A stretch of DNA of 52,754 nucleotides. Origin: Alphaproteobacteria bacterium. GTDB taxonomy: Bacteria > Pseudomonadota > Alphaproteobacteria > JBFXJJ01. Within the stretch, counting starts at the first letter, position 1; every line of letters starts with the position of its first letter. The DNA is taken from assembly GCA_050175015.1 (NCBI GenBank), contig JBFXJJ010000007.1, positions 74,513-127,266 on the forward strand. The letters run 5' to 3'. The notes beneath the pieces were generated by a model. That model made no database searches. It saw nothing but the letters and a program-made list of their open reading frames with translations, and was not told the DNA's origin. Positions 47,715 to 52,754 of this stretch are shown piece after piece. A program made the position numbers and the translations under genes.

Positions 47715-48272
47715 ATGCTTCGTCTTTTTGTTGGATTTAAGGTTCCAGAAAATGTCTCAGAACAGCTGGAAAATTTAAAGGGAGGAATTCCTAGAGCCAG
47801 GTGGATTCCAAAAGAGAATTATCATTTAACTTTAAGTTTTATTGGTGAAGTTGATGAGGTTACCGCAGAAGAAGCCGATAATGCGCTGCGTGGCATAAGC
47901 TTTCCCTCTTTTGATTTGTCCCTATGCCAGATAGGGTATTTTACAAAAAACAAAGATGAGGTTAGAACTCTCTGGACAGGAGTTGATAATTATCATGTTT
48001 TGGACAGGCTGCACGAAAAAATTGACGTTGCTCTGCAAAATCGCAGAATAGATATTTCTAAAACAAGATTTCACGCTCATTGTACACTTGCTAAAATGCA
48101 AGGAACTTCAATTGATGAGGCTCAAAAATATGTTGCAATGCATAACTTGTTTAGGTCTAAGCCCTTTTATGTAGATAAGTTCTATCTTTTTGAGAGCATT
48201 AGGGGTTCAAGTGGTTCTCATTATAAAATTCTTGCAGAATATGAACTTTATCAAAAAATAGAGCAGTTATAA
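47715..48272 (+). CDS. thpR: RNA 2',3'-cyclic phosphodiesterase
   Basis: MLRLFV; two HxT motifs (YHLTL, AHCTL). Confidence 0.9.
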   Translation: MLRLFVGFKVPENVSEQLENLKGGIPRARWIPKENYHLTLSFIGEVDEVTAEEADNALRGISFPSFDLSLCQIGYFTKNKDEVRTLWTGVDNYHVLDRLHEKIDVALQNRRIDISKTRFHAHCTLAKMQGTSIDEAQKYVAMHNLFRSKPFYVDKFYLFESIRGSSGSHYKILAEYELYQKIEQL

Positions 48273-48275
48273 AAG

Positions 48276-49154
48276 CTAATCGACATATTTAGAAACCGTT
48301 TTATCGACTAAGAAGGCATAGCTTACGCCAAAAAGTCGAGTATGGACTAGTAGAGGATAAAGATTGTAGATTTCTCTTCTCATATCAAAACCGTCTCTAA
48401 TAGGCCTTATTTCTTTGTAACGATTGAAAAAAGCATCACCAAAGCTGCTCCATACCGTTGCAAAACAAAACTCAATATCGGGGTCGGCGAAATATAGAGC
48501 AGGGTCAATAAATGCTACAACATTGCCGTTGCGATATAAAACGTTTCCAGTCCAAATGTCTCCGTGAATCAGAGATGGTTTTTCAGGGGTATCAATTAAA
48601 TTGTTGATTTTGGTTGCAAGCAGTTCCACTTTGCGCATGACAGAAATGGGAAGACTTCCATTTTCGAAAGCAACTTTTGCCATATAAAGCAAGCGTTGAT
48701 TAATAAAAAAGTCCAGCCAGTTTTTTTGCCAATCATTAGGCTGTAAAAGCCCTCCAACCAAGGTATCTTTTTCAAAGCCATATTTATCTGATGTAATGTT
48801 GTGAAGATTGGCTAAATGTTCGGCGCAGCTTTCCTCAACAAGCTTAGAGGTAGTTCCGCTTACCTCAATATATTCAACAACCAGCAAATTTTCATCGCAG
48901 TAAAAAACTTTAGTTGTTGGAAGACTCGTTTTTTCAGCTAAGTAATTGAGCATAAAGCCTTCGATTTCAAATCCATTATCTTCTTTTGGTTTAGCTATTT
49001 TAGCTACAGCCTGTCTGCCATCGTCCAAAACAATGCGTTTAACGTCTGCGACACAGCCGCCGCCTAAAGATGTTGCTGAAGCAATGCTCGCACCCATAGC
49101 TTTTTCTATTTTAGCGGTAACATCAAAATCTAAAGTGTTTTTGGTAACTCTCAT
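48276..49154 (-). CDS. Fructosamine kinase-family protein
   Basis: LGGGCV, LANLH, PSLIHGDIWTGN, FIDPA, YNLYPLLVH. Confidence 0.92.
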   Translation of the reverse strand: MRVTKNTLDFDVTAKIEKAMGASIASATSLGGGCVADVKRIVLDDGRQAVAKIAKPKEDNGFEIEGFMLNYLAEKTSLPTTKVFYCDENLLVVEYIEVSGTTSKLVEESCAEHLANLHNITSDKYGFEKDTLVGGLLQPNDWQKNWLDFFINQRLLYMAKVAFENGSLPISVMRKVELLATKINNLIDTPEKPSLIHGDIWTGNVLYRNGNVVAFIDPALYFADPDIEFCFATVWSSFGDAFFNRYKEIRPIRDGFDMRREIYNLYPLLVHTRLFGVSYAFLVDKTVSKYVD

Positions 49155-49645
49155 TTTAAATACTCACTGCATATATGGTTAAGTAGCTGTTCAGATCCGA
49201 GATTTATCAAATCAAAAACCTTAGCAAAGCCTTCTATGCCGCCGTAATAAGGGTCTGGAATGTCTTTGTTCTTAACATCTTTAACAAAATCTAAAAGCAA
49301 ATTAAGTTTAGCTCTTTGGTGTTCTTCTGTTTTAGGACGCAGCCCATAAATAGTATGTTGATGGGTATGTTCCATAGATATAATTATATCAAAATTTTTA
49401 AAATCGTCTTTATTAATTTTGCGGGCGAAGATATTTGACATATCGATTTTTCTGCTTCTAGCAAAATTTACAGCTCTAGAATCAGGAGGTTCACCTTCGT
49501 GATAGCCTGCAACCCCTGCAGAATCTGCAATGATATTTGCTTCTAAGCCTTTTTGTTTTACAAGGGTTCTAAAAACAGCTTCTGCCGTTGGAGAACGGCA
49601 AATATTTCCTGTGCATACAAATAAAACTTTTATAATATTATTCAT
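49151..49645 (-). CDS. Low-molecular-weight protein-tyrosine phosphatase
   Basis: VCTGNICRS, DSAG, IPDPYY. Confidence 0.95.
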   Translation of the reverse strand: MNNIIKVLFVCTGNICRSPTAEAVFRTLVKQKGLEANIIADSAGVAGYHEGEPPDSRAVNFARSRKIDMSNIFARKINKDDFKNFDIIISMEHTHQHTIYGLRPKTEEHQRAKLNLLLDFVKDVKNKDIPDPYYGGIEGFAKVFDLINLGSEQLLNHICSEYLK

Positions 49646-49870
49646 TCTTCACCTCAAAACGGCTATTTATCATTCAGATATTAGGTTAAAAAAAAGAGAT
49701 AAACAAGATTTGATAACTTTTTAAATTCAGATTTTTAGATTTGTTTTCTTCTCGATTTATATCCTTTATTTTTAGTTTTAATAAAACGTTTTGCTAAATT
49801 TATTTAATCAAGTTAAACTTTAAAAAGCCAGAACGGTTTTTCAGGAAAAAATTAATTTTAAGGTTAACTG

Positions 49871-52126
49871 ATGTTTTTAACTTACATTAAAATTCAGCTA
49901 GATGAACTATTAACAGAACATAGTTCGCTTATGGTTTTAACTTTTGTGGTTTTTGTTTGGTTAATTGCCGATATTTTAAGATATAAAAGAATAGATAAAG
50001 TGGCAAAAAGAATAACAAAAAGGCAAAAAACCTTTAACGATATTCTCAATATTTTAAATAAACCATTTGATGAATGTGATGCAATAGAAACAATTGCAAC
50101 CCTTATTAAAGAAGATTATGGCTTTGAATCTGTTGGAGTCAGGTTAAAACAAGGAGATGATTATAGATATTATACATTTAAAGGTTTTGACCAAGACTTT
50201 ATCAACAAAGAAGATTCTTTAAATTTTTGTTCGGAAACCCCAGAAGAATGCCCTAGCTGTCTTTGCGGTATGGTTATTAATCGAAATGAAATTATTCCAT
50301 TTTTTACCAAAAATCACTCTCTTGTTATTAATAATTTAGAACAAGAATTGCAAGGCTATGAAAACATTATTCCTAAATATCGAGGCGTGTGCCATAAAAG
50401 CGGTTATAAATCAATGGCGTTAGTCCCAATTATGGTTGATGGTCAAGTTAAGGGTATTTTACAAATTAATGATAGAAAAGAAGGCAAAATAACTCCTGAA
50501 GTCATCACTCTTTTAGAAGAAATTTCTGCTAGTTTAGGAATAGCTATCGGTCGCAAGATAGCTGAAGAAGAGCTTAAAAAAGCAAAAGAAATTGCGGAAA
50601 AAGCTAATGATGCTAAATCAGATTTTTTAGCTAATATGAGCCATGAAATAAGAACACCAATGAATGCTGTTTTAGGATTGACGCAGCTGCTTCAACTTAC
50701 AAACTTAGATAGCAGGCAAAAAGATTATGCTAACAAAATTTTAGTTTCAGGGCAGTCTTTATTATATTTAATTAATGATATTCTAGATTTTTCTAAAATC
50801 GAGGCTGGAAGCTTAGAGCTTACCAAAAAAGCCTTTAATTTAGATGATTCCTTGAAAAACTTAGCGACAATTTTAGCGGTAAATGCTCAGAAAAAAGATT
50901 TGGAAGTTTTATTTGATATTGATCACAATCTTCCCATAAACTTAATTGGAGATAACCAGAGGTTAGAGCAGGTTTTGATTAATCTTTCTGGCAATGCTTT
51001 AAAGTTTACTCCGAAAGGGCACGTTTTAATTACGGCGAAGCAAAAAGCTGTGGACAAGAACAAAATAACCATTTCTTTTGGGGTAGAAGACACAGGAATA
51101 GGTATTAGTTCTAACAATCTTGAGAGAATCTTTAAACCATTTGAGCAAGAAAATGTCTTAACAGGTCAGCAGTTTGGTGGCACAGGCTTAGGATTAGCTA
51201 TAAGCCAGAGAATAGTTAATCTTATGGGCGGCAAAATCAGTGTTGCGAGTAAACTAGGAAAAGGCAGCACCTTTAGTTTTGATGTTGAATTTGAACTTGC
51301 TCCAAACGGTGGAAGCCTTTTATTGGGAGATGCTCCTAAAAACCTAAAAATTTTGGTAGTTGATGATAATTATATTGCCTGTGAAATTCTGCAAAAAACC
51401 ATAGCTTCTTTTGGTTGGGAGGCGACGGTTTGTTCTAGTGGTTTTGAAGCGATAGAATTATACAAAGACAAATTACGTAAGCATAAATTTGATATCATTT
51501 TAATGGATATTAAAATGCCTCACATCAATGGTATAGATACGGCTAAAAAAATTAGGGAACTTACTAAGGAAGATTCACCCAAAATTATAATGATTACATT
51601 TGCAGAAAATATGAATGTTAAAGAGGAAGCTATTTTTGATGAAAAATTGCAGAAACCAGCAACGGTTTCAATGATATTTGATACTATAGTTGGGTGTTAT
51701 AAAAAAGATTCTATGCCAAAGGCGGTGGCTAATAACTTTCTAACTAGCTGCAATAAGCTATCAGGAATCAAAATTCTTCTTGCTGAGGATAATGAGATTA
51801 ATTTGGAAGTTGCGAAAGATTTATTAGAGGAAAATGGAGCTGTTGTTGATGCGGCAATGAATGGGGTTGAAGCCTTAGAAAAGATAGATTCTAGCTTTAA
51901 TTTGGTTTTGATGGATATTCATATGCCTCAAATGGACGGCTATGAAGCTACTAAAAAAATTAGAGAACAACCAGAATTTGCTAATCTTCCTATTATTGCA
52001 ATGACAGCAAATGCTATGGATAGTGATAAGAAAAAGTGCTTAGATTGTGGTATGAATGACTATCTCATAAAACCGATTGATGTTCAAAAAATGCTTGAAG
52101 TAATTTTTAGGTGGGGAAAAAAATAA
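49871..52126 (+). CDS. Hybrid sensor histidine kinase (TM-GAF-HisKA-HATPase-REC-REC)
   Basis: [30 protein letters not shown], two receiver domains (MDIKMP, MDIHMP); GAF contains CPSCLC. Confidence 0.95.
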   Translation: MFLTYIKIQLDELLTEHSSLMVLTFVVFVWLIADILRYKRIDKVAKRITKRQKTFNDILNILNKPFDECDAIETIATLIKEDYGFESVGVRLKQGDDYRYYTFKGFDQDFINKEDSLNFCSETPEECPSCLCGMVINRNEIIPFFTKNHSLVINNLEQELQGYENIIPKYRGVCHKSGYKSMALVPIMVDGQVKGILQINDRKEGKITPEVITLLEEISASLGIAIGRKIAEEELKKAKEIAEKANDAKSDFLANMSHEIRTPMNAVLGLTQLLQLTNLDSRQKDYANKILVSGQSLLYLINDILDFSKIEAGSLELTKKAFNLDDSLKNLATILAVNAQKKDLEVLFDIDHNLPINLIGDNQRLEQVLINLSGNALKFTPKGHVLITAKQKAVDKNKITISFGVEDTGIGISSNNLERIFKPFEQENVLTGQQFGGTGLGLAISQRIVNLMGGKISVASKLGKGSTFSFDVEFELAPNGGSLLLGDAPKNLKILVVDDNYIACEILQKTIASFGWEATVCSSGFEAIELYKDKLRKHKFDIILMDIKMPHINGIDTAKKIRELTKEDSPKIIMITFAENMNVKEEAIFDEKLQKPATVSMIFDTIVGCYKKDSMPKAVANNFLTSCNKLSGIKILLAEDNEINLEVAKDLLEENGAVVDAAMNGVEALEKIDSSFNLVLMDIHMPQMDGYEATKKIREQPEFANLPIIAMTANAMDSDKKKCLDCGMNDYLIKPIDVQKMLEVIFRWGKK

Positions 52127-52153
52127 TCATTAAAAAGATTGATTTTTAACCGA

Positions 52154-52182
52154 TAGACGATTATTTCAAGAAATGTTATAAT
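52154..52182 (+). promoter_or_regulatory. sigma70-type promoter
   Basis: TAGACG-N17-TATAAT with an extended TG. Confidence 0.55.
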
Positions 52183-52225
52183 TAAGAGTAAAAAATAAAA
52201 TTTTTAATAGTTTTTATGGGAGATA

Positions 52226-52501
52226 ATGATTATGAACAAGTCTCTAGTTTTATTTATGTCTTTGGCTGTTTTGACATTAACAGGCTGTGCAAGTAAGAAA
52301 GAGCCAGCTCCGGAGGCTTTTGTACAGTTGGTTTTGGCTAACTCATCTGGGGTTTCTTATGAATATAATCATTTGGTATCATTACAGACGATTAGTGAAA
52401 AAGCTACCTCCCATTGTTCTAGTGAAGGCAAAAAGCCAATATTGCAAGGGACATCAATTCTACAAAACGGTAATCAGGTAGCATCGTTTGTCTGCCAATA
52501 A
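52226..52501 (+). CDS. Small lipoprotein
   Basis: Lipobox LTGC; two more Cys (HC...F.C) that could form a disulfide; GGAG RBS. Confidence 0.8.
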   Translation: MIMNKSLVLFMSLAVLTLTGCASKKEPAPEAFVQLVLANSSGVSYEYNHLVSLQTISEKATSHCSSEGKKPILQGTSILQNGNQVASFVCQ

Positions 52502-52628
52502 AAGTTTAAGTAGCCACAAATAAAAAAGTTTTGATTTTAGTCTTACAAAAGCAAAAGTTGTTTATTAATACTTAGCCGTAAGGCAAAACAAGAGCAAACA
52601 ACTAGTCGCAAAAGGCACTAAACACCGC

Positions 52629-52685
52629 AAAAAAAGCGAGAGATTTCTTAAAGATTTAGGTCATTTAAGGAATCTCTCGTTTTTT
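52629..52685 (+). terminator. Long terminator-like hairpin, possibly bidirectional
   Basis: GCGAGAGATTTCTTAAA-GATTTAGGTCA-TTTAAGGAATCTCTCGT followed by a T-run and preceded by an A-run. Confidence 0.75.
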
Positions 52686-52688
52686 AAA

Positions 52689-52754
52689 TCAGGGTTTGTT
52701 CTTGCAAAGTTTTTTTAAATTTCTATTTATCACCTCCTTATCTTTAATTAGTGT
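52689..52754 (-). CDS. Possible 3' end of a gene entering from beyond the window
   Basis: Open frame ...TLIKDKEVINRNLKKLCKNKP* ending just before the hairpin; too short to identify. Confidence 0.3.
   Translation of the reverse strand, partial: TLIKDKEVINRNLKKLCKNKP

Noticed and set aside
826-52481. Many short ORF-track entries overlapping or antisense to long genes (e.g. 6343..6762, 24545..24931, 25868..26356, 34772..35218, 46201..46503)
   Set aside because: They lie within well-supported genes, lack recognisable motifs and have shadow-frame composition.
52575-52630. c-di-GMP-I riboswitch resemblance (GGCAAA...CGCAAA)
   Set aside because: The P1/P2 stems and tetraloop-receptor arrangement cannot be built, and no downstream + strand gene is visible.
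1-52754. CRISPR arrays, tRNA/rRNA genes, IS elements
   Set aside because: No regularly spaced direct repeats, cloverleafs, rRNA-like sequence or transposase ORFs were seen by eye.

Overview
AT-rich (roughly one-third GC, estimated by eye) chromosomal window from an alphaproteobacterium. The gene set (IalB, Rhodospirillales-type OmpA, prs-rplY-pth-ychF, yccA, tesA-thpR) suggests a low-GC Rhodospirillales-like lineage; this is inference. Most genes are housekeeping: rlmN (5' part), cca, ychF, pth, rplY, prs, argF, pepN, PBP1A, ldcA/murC-like, polA, chemotaxis and two-component genes. There is also an XdhD/YgfM/8-oxoguanine-deaminase purine operon. I found no rRNA, tRNA, CRISPR array, transposase or integrase. 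The best candidate for an undescribed system lies around polA. It has three paralogous 741-780 aa proteins with a gluzincin-type HExxH...ECxAD motif and no signal peptide, two of them directly preceded by paralogous ~95 aa partner genes. These three, and five other unrelated proteins (including PepN, which has a 46-aa extension), end in a similar basic C-terminal tail resembling a type IV secretion translocation signal. Together this suggests a dispersed, protease-rich effector set with chaperone or immunity partners. No secretion machinery is in the window, so secretion is a hypothesis. All family calls come from motif recognition by eye, without database searches.
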